Of a DNA stretch of 64,000 nucleotides, positions 50,473-63,520 are shown one piece after another (the first letter of the stretch is position 1; every line of letters starts with the position of its first letter). Location of the stretch: assembly GCA_028534125.1 (NCBI GenBank), contig CM052816.1, forward strand, positions 44,394,001-44,458,000. Direction: 5' to 3'. The translations under genes and the position numbers were made by a program. The stretch is from Lama glama (taxonomy: Eukaryota). The notes below the pieces were generated by a model. It did no database searches, was not told the origin of the DNA, and was given only the letters and a program-made list of their open reading frames with translations.

Positions 50473-52515
50473 TGTATATACACAGAAAATCCTAAAGAGG
50501 ATACCAGAAAACTACTAGAGCTCATCAATCAATTCAGTAAAGTTGCAGGATACAAAATTAATGTACAAAAATCAGTTGCATTTCTATACATCAACAACAA
50601 AATAGCAGAAAAAGAAATTAAGGAAAAAAAATCATATTTACCATCGCATCAAAAAGAATAAAATACCTAGGAACAAACCTACCTATGGAGGCAAAGATCC
50701 TGTACTCCAAAAAATATAAGACACTGATGGAAGAAACTGAAGATGATGCAAACAGATGGAAAGACATACCATGTTCTTGGATTTAAAGACTCAATATTGT
50801 TAAAATGGCCATGCTACCCAAGGGAATATATAGATTCAGTGCAATCCCTACCAAATTACCAATGACATTTTTCACAGAACTGGAACAAAAATTTTTAAAT
50901 TTCTATGGATACACAAAAGACCGTGACTAGCCAAAACAATCTTGAGAAAGAAAAATGGAATTGGAGGAATAATGTTCCCTGACTTCAGACTATACTACAA
51001 AGCTACAGTAATCAAAACACTATGGTACTGAGACAAAAACAGACACATAGATCAATGGAAGAGGATAGAAAGTCGAGAAATAAACCCACACACTTATGAT
51101 CAATTAATCTATGACAAAGGAGGCAAGAATATACAATGAAGAAAGTACAGTCTCTTCAATAAGCGGTGCTGGGGAAACTGGACAGCTACATATGAAAGTA
51201 TGAAATTTGAACATTCTCTAACATCATATGCAAAAATAAACTCAAAATGGATTAAAGACCTAAATGTAAGATCAGATACTATAAAAATCCTAGGGGAGAG
51301 CATAGGCATAACACTCTTAGACATAAATTTCAGCAATTTTTTGAACCAGCTCCTAGAGTAATGGAAATAAAAGCAAAAAATAAACAAATGGGACCTAATT
51401 AAATTTAAAAGCTTTTTCCCAGCAAAGGAAACCATAAACAAAATGAAAAGACAACCTAAAGAATGGTAGAATATTTGCAAATGACATGACTGACAAGGAA
51501 CTAATTTCCAAAATATAAAAGTTGCTCATGCAACTAAATATCAAACAAACAAACAAACAAAAAAACAAAAAACAAAAACAAAAAACAAAAAGCACAGCAC
51601 AGTCCAAAAATAGGCAGAAGACCTAAATAGACATTCTCCAAAGAAGATATCCAGATGGCCAACAGGCACATGAAAACATGCTCAATATCACTAATTATTA
51701 GAGAAACACAAATCAAAAGTACAACAAGGTATCACCTCATACCTGTCAGAATAGCCATCACTCCAAAGTCTACAAATAAGTGCTGGAGAGGGTGTGGAGA
51801 AAAAGGAACCCTCCTACACTGTTGGTGGGAATGTAAATTGGTGCAGCCCTATGGAGGACAGTATGGAGATTCCTTAAAACAACTATAGATTTACCATATG
51901 ATCCAGCAATCCCATTCCTGGACATATATCTAGACATTCTAAAAGACATATATGCACCCCAGTGTTCACAGAAGCAATATTTACAATAGGAAAGACATGA
52001 AAATAACATAAATGTTCATTGACAGATGACTGATTAAAGAAGATGTGGTATATTTATATAATGGAATACTAGTCAGCCATAAAAATAAAATAATGCCATT
52101 TGCAGCAACATGGATGGACTTGGAGATTGTCATTCTAAGTGAAGTCAGTTAGTCAGAGAAAAACAAATATCATGTGATATCACTTATATGTGGGATCTAA
52201 AGAAAAATGATACAAATTCTATTAACAAACCAGAAATATACTCATGAACATAGAAAACAAACTATGGTTACCAACGGGGAAAGGGCCAGAGAGCGATAAA
52301 TTAGGAGCCTGGGATTAATAGATATATACTATTCCATATCAAACAGATTAACAAGGACCTACTCTATGGCATAGTGAACTGAAGTCAGTTTCTTGTGATA
52401 ACATATAAAGGAAAAGCGTCCAAAAAGGAAATATATGTATGTATACATATAACTGAATCACCTTGCTGTATAACTGAAACTAACATTGTAAATCAACTAC
52501 ACTTTAATAAAAAAT
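50473..52515 (+). mobile_element. Cetartiodactyl L1, 5'-truncated (~2 kb: ORF2 3' part and 3' UTR)
   Basis: Well-preserved ORF2 text (gacttcagactatactacaaagctacagtaatcaaaac); 3' end taactgaatcaccttgctgta...tgtaaatcaactac...aataaaaa; possible short TSD aaagatt; ORF disrupted. Confidence 0.95.
51543..51590. repeat. (AAAC)n/(AAAAAC)n A-rich microsatellite in L1
   Basis: Seen directly. Confidence 0.9.
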
Positions 52516-53089
52516 TTTTAAAAGATTAAATATCAGTAAAACAAAGCTTTGTAAAACACTAATTTAGTGATTTGCAGTTGCTAAATTAATGCATATGGAT
52601 TTACATAGTTTGCTTGAATCCAAATTCTAGCCTTTGCTATGATGCTGTAACTTGGTTTCTGTAATTCAGTCTAGATGATTATTACCAGGCTAACACGGAA
52701 AATCAGAAAAAATTAAAAGGAAAAAATATCAGGCACCCCTTTTCTGTCACACAGACTTATTTAGGGGGGTGGTGTGAGAAGATGCCCTAAATTATCTGGT
52801 CTATTGATTCTTTTTTTAAATTTTCATATTACTTTCATCAGTTACTAGCCAAAAAAGTTATTTTTTCAGACTTAATTTATCTTGACATCTTATAGCTTTT
52901 AAACACCTGTTTCATATTAAAATTCTCTCTTTCTTTGGTATTGGTAGCTTTTATGTGTTTGTCTCCAAATACTCCTGTGAACTTTCTTCTATATTCCCTC
53001 CAACAGTAACATCTGCTATTCTTCCTCTTTTCATGGGGGGCATTACCCAAGATTTAATTAGGGGATTTTTTTTTCATGTAGTTTTCTGT

Positions 53090-53950
53090 CTAAATTTACC
53101 TCTACCTCATCAGGGATTAAACCAGTGCCTCCGACATCCCAGGTGCTTAGAAATATATGGTAAATGAATACATGAGATAAGGTGACTAGACTCTGACAGA
53201 TGTGGACAGCATAAAGAGGAGAAAAGGGGCAGAAGGAGGGATAAGGCCTCATTGCTCCATGCTGCACTCTTTAGCCACACGAGATACTGACATCACAGAA
53301 GCTCGAGATAAATCATGGCTTTATCAGTACTAAAGGGAACTCCAGAGTTGTTGGAACACAGGGTCCAGGATATATGTGTTAGCAAAAGGGACCACATCTG
53401 TTTTATTTACCTTCTTATTCCTAGAGCCTTGAACAATGCCTGGAGACATAGTATACACTCAAGTACTTGTTAAGTTAACAAATAAAGCCAATTAATTGTC
53501 CTGATTCATTAGTGAACATATCATTAATATTGTGCTTCTGGAATTTTCCACCAGGATGGTGGAGAGAAATATCTTTTAACAGTTAACTCAACAAATCACA
53601 ATCACTGCTTAGGATATTTCTTGAATTTTAGCTTTTCCATGTCTATATTTCTTACTCCTATATGCAATTGTTTATATTAACACTCTAATCATCATACACA
53701 TTTTCATAACTACACATAATAATTATATTTATCCTGAAGTCCAAATTACCAGATGGACACTAATGAGACAAATGCATATTTTATTCAGTCATTCACAATG
53801 TACTATATTCCAAACTTAACTGCGATTGAGTTCATATTTTTAACATGCCTTAACAAAGGAACATTGTCACACCTTACCATACACAGTATCTAGCTTTTTT
53901 GCTATTCATATAGTTGATGATTAATGAGTATTTGTTAATCTAATGAATGA
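53090..53950 (+). mobile_element. Three short L2 3'-end fragments (~53100-53170, 53385-53480, 53870-53950)
   Basis: cagtgcct...gtgcttagaaatatatggtaaatgaat; aacaatgcctgg...catagtatacactcaagt; tatttgttaatctaatgaatga. Confidence 0.55.
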
Positions 53951-56733
53951 TGGAACATCAGGGTTTACTGATACCTTGAAAGTCATAATCTTCACAAAGT
54001 TTCTTATTAAACTTTGAATTATTTTCCAGCTTAAATCAGCTCTAAAAGATGGCAAAGCATCAGTGGTCAGCAGTCAGCAGGTCAGAGAACCTAATGGTTC
54101 TCTCTTTACCAATACCTAGATGCAACCAAGATACTGTACATTCATGTTTTATGTATAAAGAATACTTGATTAAACTAAGAAATAAGCAAATACATATGTT
54201 ATACCATTCTACTACACACCGTAAAGTTCTGAACAGTTTGCTCCTCTTTAGTGGTTTTTTTTTTTTTAATAATTGTACCTTTAATGTTATTCCTCCCATG
54301 AAATGAGTATAAGACACAAAGGGGTGAAACGGAACAGTTAGTAGGAGAGAAATGACAAGTTCACATTATACAAATTGTGTTATCAGGACTTTTGTGAAAA
54401 GGGACCATTAATTTTTGCCAATAAAGATAGTTTAAATAGAATTAAAGATCCATTCATGAGGATTACAAAGTCAATCATTTAAAGCTTTAAAATATGACCT
54501 CAAATCTAATTAAAATAAAATTTAATTAGCATATTATAATGTTGAAATAACTGAACCAAATATATAGGTGTCTTGTTTGTCCATCTGGAAATTTCAAATT
54601 TGGGACAAATTTGCTTGATAAATTTTTACGTTTAGTTATAAAACTACAAATTGTGTTTAAACGTCAACATCAACAACTTCATAATAAGACAGAAAAGCCC
54701 CCTGTTTAGTGTCTTTTCTAGCCTCCTAAAAGTTCCTGGATGAGTAATAAAATCTCTATTAATACTTTGATAATGAGATCTCACTATAAGACAAAACATG
54801 TAGCATTTTAAAGCTAGCTGTCATGTAGTGTACAAAATAGTGAATACATTTGTTATTCATTACTTGGTACTTTATAGTTATGAATTTTTCATATCCCTGT
54901 AGTGTCATCTTACCCCAGCTGCCCTGGCATACATCCTGGTTCAAATCAGGGCCAGCCAAACATAAATAAATGAAGTTGAACAGGTAAGACTTAGAAGACC
55001 CTTTCCTTGATATAGATAAAAAAACTTTGTTTTGAGTTTTAAAAGGTTGTAGTCAGGTAGATATTGGTAAAGAAACAGTTGTTTAATACTAAAAAATAAA
55101 TCAAATTTATTCATATTTTGATTTAGTTTCTGGATATTAACTCCAGAAAGCTCAGAACGTCCTTAGAATTGTGTAATTTTCATATAGCAACAGGAGTTAA
55201 TAAGTCCTTAGTTGTCCATGCTGCTGTACTTGGGACATTATCTCCTGAATTCTCAAAGTCATGTTTTTGTTGTCTTAAGAAATATATTAAATTATATCTC
55301 ATAAGTTATTCATTGATGTTCAGTTGGCAAAATAATTCTATCATATTGTCTCACTCATATTTCAAATATCCCTTTCTAAAAGATAGGTAGATTTAGAAGC
55401 ATGCCTTAAATTGGGATACCCTAAATTAACAAGTGAAGTATAATGTGCAGTGAGGTAGTTCTGTCTGCACTCTTAGTCTCACCGTGACACCAAGAGAAAT
55501 AATATTTACCTACAAGACACTCTCAATGGTTTGTATAATTCCCAAGGATGTACTGTAATTCAATCACCTATGTTCTCATTTTTTAAAAAAATACACAAGT
55601 AAGTGAGGGTAATCTTAGAATAAAATAACCTGGAATCCTTTCCCTATGGGAAATAAATCACTTAAGAAATTTCATATTTCAGTTTTGGTTAATAGCAAAC
55701 AACTTGGGGCAGACCTCACATGAGATTTTGCCACATACCTCTATAACTTAGTGAAATATAGCTGTGTTCTAAGTTAATGGGACTGTTTGGACCGAAAGTA
55801 TCTGTTCTGATAACTGAATCAAAATGGTGTCAATGTTAAAGTAAAATTAATATTGAACCTTCATTGGCATAGAAGTGAGCCTGAAGCCTGTTGTATTAAA
55901 GATGATCCAAAGAAGTTCCTTATCTCAACAATTAAATCAGAATCGTAGACGCCTTCTCACATTTTAATAACTTCCAGATGGTGAATGAACTAAAATAAAA
56001 CTAAGATTTCAACAAAAGTTAGGGGAAATATTAGCATAGTACAAAAGACTAAGAACACTAAGGAAGTTATTTTCAAACTAGTTTTTCCTTTCTTTAAAAA
56101 ACGCCACTGGCAAGAATAATGACGCTTCCATAATGCTACTAGAGTGCTATATTTGTAAAGCAGCATGTAAGCCTCATAAAAGGGTAATGAGTTCCTTAAG
56201 TGATAGTAAAATAAGCTTTCATGTAGAGATACGCTGAGGTACTACTGTTCATGGGCAGCAGTAGAGCTGCATTACCTATTTTGTATTGCAATTTTCACTA
56301 ACAGAAAAAACGGAATTACAGTAATGCTCGCATTTTCTTCCTCTGACATAAAAAAGAACTCTGGTGGAGTTCAACCAAGTAGAGAAGATGATAAAATCTT
56401 ATATAAAATTTATACTTATTTGGCCATTCTTCTTTATATAAGCATGTTATTTGAATGGAGTAGGACTAAATTTCTCTAGCTAGTCATAGAATTACCCCCA
56501 GATATCTATTTTCAGTTGATTTGGTCTCTGCTAGGCTTATCAATTATTACAGCTTCATAAAATATGCATGGGCCCTTTGACATTTGTATTAAGTAACACT
56601 TGTCTTCTCCCTTCCATGTGTGCATGTAAACAACAGCCAGTAAAAGGACTCATTTGTGTTGGTGAAAAAAGTTTAATAGAAGACACATAAGAAATTTTTA
56701 AAAGTCCTTCAATCTAGTTTCATTCTTCTGCAG

Positions 56734-56751
56734 AAAAATCCTGTCTATCAT
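56734..56751 (+). other. Candidate 18-nt micro-exon (unidentified transcript)
   Basis: tttcattcttctgcag|aaaaatcctgtctatcat|gtaagt. Confidence 0.35.
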
Positions 56752-56872
56752 GTAAGTGGAATCCCCTACGGATGTAAATTCCACATTAAATTCTATTGGC
56801 TAATTGCCTGCACAATCAAGAAGACATTTCTACCCTCTATTACCATTCTTAATTGGATTTCTTGTTCTTCAG

Positions 56873-56914
56873 CGGCAAGAGGAAACAGATGGTTCCACAA
56901 TTCAGAAATTCCCA
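56873..56914 (+). other. Candidate 42-nt exon (unidentified transcript)
   Basis: Branch-like cttaat, tract tttcttgttcttcag, donor cca|gtaagt; open in all three frames. Confidence 0.4.
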
Positions 56915-57270
56915 GTAAGTGGCAGGTACATGAAATATCTCAGCGTTTTGTCATATTAAGTTTTGGCAAGGCAACACGGTAGAGTGAGAAGAGACTGTGT
57001 CTAAGAAGTTTGTGAGCAAGGTTCTGAAGGATTCAAATAGAAATGATAACTTCTGAGGTAGATATTTTAAAAGAAATGTCTTTGAATGATAGATCGCAAA
57101 CAAATAGTAAAGATGACTATGGTAAGGAGAAGCTCTCATTCTGAAGTCCAAAAACAAAACAAAACAAAAAAGGCTCAACCCAAAAGACTAGAGGATAAAA
57201 CTTTCTGTGGTTTCATAAAAAACTAAGCCCATTATCATCCGACTACCTAAATGCTTTTTTCCTAACAAAT

Positions 57271-57507
57271 ATGTAAACTTTTTGCATGAGTTAAATCAAG
57301 ACAGATAAAAGTACTCAAATGCCAAATTCTATTTTCATCAGAGTAAATATATATATATATTTTGATCATTTAGATTATATTCTTTATTTAATAGAAGAGC
57401 TAAATGAGAAAACTGGTGCTGCTCTGTAGCCACTAATATGTCAAAGTCTGTGCATATTTGAAAAATAGAAACATACAGGCAGCTTTTTAATCCTCAGATC
57501 TGAAACT
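57271..57507 (+). repeat. Right arm of ~230-bp inverted duplication
   Basis: See left arm 47296-47524. Confidence 0.9.
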
Positions 57508-58311
57508 AGTTGTTGGGGGGGACTACCTGCTGAGTTTGAGTCCAGCTAGGTCGTTAGCATGTAGTCTCTGGCCACAGGGTCATACAAAGCATTTTAAAAA
57601 CAACTTTCTGTATTTTTTTTATTCCAGATTCCCTACAATTAAAAAAATTAAAATATACTAAAGAATTTACAACTAAATTGCTCTTTTCTTCACAGGAGAA
57701 GGGTAGAAAATAAGACATTTATATTACTAGTATTTTTTTTAAAAGTTTCTTTTGGGAGACAATTGTAATTCTTGATATTCAATGTTGTTTTAACATCATA
57801 TAGCAAAAAAAAAATGATAAACCAATAATACCATATTAATTTATTTTTAACATCTAGACAATAATTGGTAACAAAAATGAAAACAAAGTTCAAAAAAATT
57901 TTAAACCAAAAGAAGGTAATTGAAATACATTCTATAATGAAAAAAATACTGTTCTTAAAATAACTTGAATTAAGCCATACTGGAAAACCATGTGGTAAGG
58001 AATGGTTTGACTTGAGGAAAAAAAATGACTGAACTAATATTCAGAATTATTATTGTCCATCCTAACAAAATGTAGAGTAGATATATATGATGAACCCTTG
58101 CCTCCAACTTCACTTTTATTCATTCATTCAATAGTAGTTTATGCAACGACTGTTTGGGCAAGCAACTCTATATGAAAAATAACACACGATGTATGTGTTG
58201 GCCAAATATTTGTTGGTATTATTTGACTTCATTTCTTCCTGTGATTTTCTATTACCCTAATTTTATTACATAGGAGCAAACTGCTACATCTTCACCTATC
58301 TATTTACTGAG

Positions 58312-58838
58312 TGTGATTTGAAAAATTCTAAAATAGTCCCCATGACCCTGGTATTACTCTTGTAATTAATTATATTTTGTATTAAGGCAAAGGGATTTTG
58401 CAAATGTCATCAAGGTTACTCATTAGTTGCCTTTATGATAGGGAATGGGCCTAACCTAAAAAGCAGAGTTTTCTTCAACTGGTAGGAGAAGAGGAAATTA
58501 GAGATGGAAAGAATGAGGGGAATTGGATGCTGGGTGGGAAATGGAAGGGCCACGTGGCAAGAACTCGACAGAGATCCCCAGATACCAAGGGCAACCCTGA
58601 GCCACCAGTCAGCAAGGAAATGGGGGCTTCATCTTAAAGCTACAGGAAACTGGGTCCTGCAACCATAAGGAGGAGCCTAGAGGCAGATTCTTCCCATAAG
58701 CCCCCAAATAAAAGCCCAGGCTGGCTGATACCTTGACTTTGTGAGATCCTAAGCAGAGAACCAAGTGGAACACATCTGGACTTCTTACAAGCTGCTAAAT
58801 TCATGGTAATTTGTTACACTTCAATTAAAAAGGAAATA
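58312..58838 (+). mobile_element. MLT1E-type MaLR solo LTR
   Basis: ggcaaagggattttgcaaatg...ggccacgtggcaagaa...cagcaaggaaatgggg...aggcagattcttccc...ctaagcagagaacc...ggtaatttgttac. Confidence 0.85.
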
Positions 58839-59229
58839 AACAAAAAACTAACTACAGGATAAAACTGTTATAGTAAGCCAAGAAAATAAACCTGAATTTG
58901 GGAACAGTAGACCAGGGGACACAGGCCAAAATGAATGTGTAAAGAGTCAATTGTAGGCTTCGAGGCTCCAGTCTTGTCAATGTGAAGAGATGCAATGTTA
59001 TTTCTTACGAGCTTGGATAGGAGGTTTTTTAAAGGATGATGATAATAGTCAGTTCCATATTCAAGACCAAAAGGAAATCTGTCACCTTTCCCATCAAGAC
59101 TTCACTGAAATGAGGGATTTAACAAACACAGATAGGTTTGGCCATCTAAGTCACAGAGAAATTGGGAAGAAGCCAGGACTGGGTAGTTAGTGATAATAAT
59201 GCTGAACAAATGGCAAATCATGGTAAATA

Positions 59230-59470
59230 AATTACAACTATTAACATTTATTAACTGTCAGACATCGATGTAATTAATCAACTATTCCACCTAAAATTTA
59301 TAGAAACATGGTAAGATTAAACTACTACCTTCCCTATTTTACAAGCAAGAAATTGGAGTACAGAGAAGTTTAATACCTTCCCAAATCCCCACAGCAAATA
59401 AGTCTAGGGGGCCAAGATTTAAATCCCAGTACTCTGACTCCTTGGTTTGTGTTCTTAACCACTAACCTAA
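59230..59470 (-). mobile_element. MIR
   Basis: ccctattttacaagcaagaaattggagtacagagaagtt...gatttaaatcccag...tctgactcc...tcttaaccact. Confidence 0.8.
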
Positions 59471-60929
59471 GGCTTTAAGAAAGTAGAAAAAAACCCATCA
59501 AAGTACTTTCATGATATTTTTTAGGGGAATGGTCTAGACAGAGTCTATGACACACCTGTTGCTCCCATCCCAATACACACATCTCTAAATGATGTGAAGG
59601 CAATACAGTAATTCCTCTGTGTCCAAATATGCAACTACTGAAAAATCAGACAGATGGCCCCACTGTTCATCCAGTATCCAATGGGGCAAAGCATTAGTAG
59701 AGAATTGAACCTAAAAATATCTTAAGATCACAAAAAAGAACAAGAGTATCTCCAGAAGTTTGGTCAACCTGGGAGCTAACTCTGCCCATTTAATTCCACC
59801 AATATAAACAGTATTCTTAAATACAAGCCTCACATCTTATTTTGATATTAAAATACAATGGTTATTTTACAAACAGAATTTCATCCATTCTGTTCATTAG
59901 ACATTTTGCACAAAGTGATTTCTAACTTACTTTGCATGCACCTATTACAGGGTAAATTTCTGTGAAAAGTTTTCAGGATTTAAAAAAAATTCTACATTAT
60001 CTATTTATTTTAATCATATAACTATGAATGGACAGATATCATCAAGTAGTCCAAATTATAAGAAAAAATTTGAAAAAACTAATTATTCAAATTTTATCAG
60101 AATTTCTTTGGTACATAAGTAAAATTTTAATCTATGTATATGCTTTATTTATGAACGTTATATTTATTCACTGGAAATTCTAGATAATATGTACATATGT
60201 TTACACTTACTTTTCCTTTACTGTCAAATCTTATTTTGATATATTTGTCCACAAAACAAAAAGAGAAGACAAATGTTTTTTGCAAAGACCAAATAAAAAG
60301 TGTGCATTATAGTCTTCCCCTTATTTTTAATCACCAGTTAAGAATGAGATCACATATTAATTCTATGTAATGATAAATGACACCAGAATATATCTTACAT
60401 TTAGTTTTAAAGTGAAACCTAGAAATTTTTGTTAGATCTAAACTTAGCTGTGTCTCTTAAGATTCATCACTTGGTACCATATGTTGTGTTTCTGATCACA
60501 ATTCTCATAATCTGTGGAAAGGCTACAGATGTCTGCTTTTATATGAAAACAGAGATCAGTTTGCTAAAGGATGTACATAGGCCACATTTCTAATTTCATG
60601 TTGGAAAATTTGTTCCATTTTACAGATTTATTTTTACCCCTGAACAGCCCTGACAAAATTTGCTAAGCTTAACTATTCTAGTCAGATCATTTTTTTTTTA
60701 TCAGTTTATCCATTTCGGGTAGTATTTTTCGAAGATTCATACCGAGGCCATGTTCTGAAATCTTATGCAGTAGTTATTTTCACTCATTATTTTAAAAAAA
60801 TCTTTGAGTAGAAGTTGAATTGATAATTCCCTCTTTCCTGTCCATGATTAAACATGGACAATCTCAAAACATTGTCACTCGTTACTTCCAGTTGTGTGAG
60901 TCCATCAATGAATGGAAAAAGATATCTGT

Positions 60930-61120
60930 GTTAACATTTATTTCAGACATTCCTAGAAATCTAATCCTACAAGTTAGGAATTGTTATTGAATAACTTAAT
61001 GATTGTTACTGAATATTCATCTAACTAATGGATAAAGAAACTAAGGCTCAGAGAATTTGAGTGAGTTGGAGAGCAACAATAGAGAGTAGCAGATTTAGAG
61101 CCAAATTGAGAAAATCTGAT
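60930..61120 (-). mobile_element. MIR
   Basis: gataaagaaactaaggctcagaga. Confidence 0.65.
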
Positions 61121-62559
61121 TCATTCAACTAAGTTAAAGAAGCTATACTTAGAATTGTTACAGTGTTATCTAACACAGACATATTTTGTTTCCATTTTCA
61201 GGTTTTCAAACATTTATATTTAATTATTATCCTATGCTTAACTACTCCCTTGAAGTTAAGACATGAAATGGTACCCTATTTTTAAAATGATAAAATATAC
61301 ACAATGTGTGTGTATATATCTGTAGATGTTCAGCAATAAATAATATTATTAATCTTTCCAAAGCATAACTTTCAGAAGGAATTATCTACATATCCAGTTA
61401 CACAGAGCTTTAATAAAAGTGAGTATTTCTGGATGCTGCCATATTTATTCCTAAATACTTTAATTTTGCCTAATTTTTAATTGGATTCTATAATAGTTAT
61501 TAACCATTTACTTAAGATCTCTGTCTCTTTGCAGATCATCTTTTTATTCTTAAACTGCTTCCCAGAAACGTCTTTTCCCTTTTGTAATTTTCAATTCCTG
61601 TTTTTTGAATTGTGAATTAACAGGTAAAAATGAAGTTCAGAGGGAATACATTAACAACTAGCCAAGGAAATATCTGATACAGCAACACCATGATAACCAA
61701 CAAAACCACATCATTTTGGATAAAAAATGACAGGGTTTATCTCCTGTACCATTAATATTCTTTGGTAATTTCTTAGAACTATCATACAACTATATGTAAA
61801 AATATGTGACATAAATATGGCATTTCCAAAGTCAAGGTAGCAGAATTTTTCATAACAGATAAAACACCACTGATGTAGAAAATTGATTAATTCACTGAAT
61901 GCATGTGACTTAGATGTTTTGTAGTTGATTAATTTATTCTTTCAAAAAAAAGCACTAGCAAATGTTGGCTAAAACCAACCAGGGTTCTTACTCTACAAGA
62001 GTTATGCTGCCTGTTACTCATGGGGAAGAACTCCTGGCATGCTGATCATTATTAAAATGACTGCATCATTATAATAATAAATAGTACCACCAGTGTTTTT
62101 GCAAGTTTCTGTTACTTCCTTACTGCACACTTGCCTTTCTTACTTACATAAAGAAATAAAAAGGCATTTGATTTGTCAATTGTGATAATCATTATTAATT
62201 AATCATCTTGTTAATTAGGATTACATTCATTGTGGGATTTCTTTTCTATCCCTTATTTGGTTTACTCAGCTGATTAGATAATGTTTTGTAAGATGAGAGA
62301 TTTCCTCAACTGTGCCATTTTTAAAGCAATGTGTGGGGTTTATTGATAAAATGAAAGGTCATTATGCTCAATACAAATTCATCGTTACTTGCTACCTGTG
62401 AGATTTAGTCCTCAAGATCTTTACAGGGTCTTTTATTTTATCAACATGAAAATGATGATGACGATAGATAGATAATTATTTATACTTAAAATATAAAAGT
62501 ATGGGAAAGTATCTAATTCTGTATCAATAATACGCTATAGGAAAAACTAGACATATACC

Positions 62560-63520
62560 AGAAATGGAAAAGTGGTTTTAGCTGAAAAATAGTATGTTTT
62601 TCTTCATATTTAACACCTTAAAGAAAATTATGGGGAAAACATCTAAAAAAATTCAATATTTATTCATAATAAAACTCTTACTGAACTAGATATACATAAA
62701 ACTTTCTTAAACTCTATTTTTTCCATTGAAGTATACAATGGAAATTCAGTTTACAATGTTTAATTTCTGATACACAGCATGATGATTCAGTTTTATATGT
62801 ATATTCCTTTTCCTATTCTTTTTCATTATAGGTAACTACAAGATATTGAATATAGTCCTCTGTGCTATACAGTAGGACCTTGTTTTTTTAATCTATTTTA
62901 TAAACAGTATCTGCAAATCCCACATTATAACTTCAGATATCATTTTAAAGCTGCTTCTCTTTAAGGTAAGAATGAAGAAAAAGAAAGCACACTGGCACAG
63001 CTTCTATTCAATAATGAATCAAGAAGGCCTAGTGTCTGAGGACTGGACATATCTAGAAATGACATGAGTGAAATGGATAAATTATAAGAACTGATCAGGG
63101 ATTTCAGCAGTAGTGCTGGACACAAAATGTATATATAAAAGGCACGGCATTATTATACAACATTAACAGTCAGAAAATGTTATAATAGTAATAATTAAGA
63201 ACAGTAACAAACATATTGGGAGGAAAAAACATGTTCAAGATCATAAAAGTTTCACATTAAAAAGCTACCAATTTCTCCTAGGTTAATCTATAATCTGTGG
63301 AATTCTAAACAAAAAGACCATCACAATGTGATTGATATAAAAAAACAGCAAGGGCCAAGAACACCCAAGACAACTTTGAAGAACAAGGTAGAGATAGCAG
63401 ATACCTAACTATAAACAACTATAGTCATTAAGATAATAGTAACAAAGAGACAGACAAAACGATGGAATATCACCAAGAATAAAGTAATTGACTTATTTAA
63501 CAAGGAAATTATATCTATGA
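62560..63520 (+). mobile_element. Decayed old L1 ORF2 fragment
   Basis: aaaattcaatatttattcataataaaactct...cttctattcaa...agggccaagaacacccaagacaactttgaagaaca. Confidence 0.65.
62717..62924 (-). mobile_element. Young 5'-truncated cetartiodactyl L1 3' end
   Basis: attgaagtata...cagtttacaatg...actacaagatattgaatatagt...tgtgctatacagtaggaccttg; related to 36654-36841. Confidence 0.85.

Noticed and set aside
51109..52009. Several overlapping 60-123-aa ORFs
   Set aside because: Sense and antisense fragments of a broken L1 ORF2
54903..56914. Resemblance of short phase-0 exons and STAT5 sites to casein/SCPP genes
   Set aside because: No signal-peptide exon, no SxE phosphorylation clusters and no recognisable casein promoter; cannot support the assignment
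46140..59790. Possible outward extension of the inverted duplication (46140-46235 vs 59710-59790) and a 13-mer ttcccaaggatgt shared by ~46905 (minus) and ~55539
   Set aside because: Similarity too short and gapped to distinguish from chance by eye
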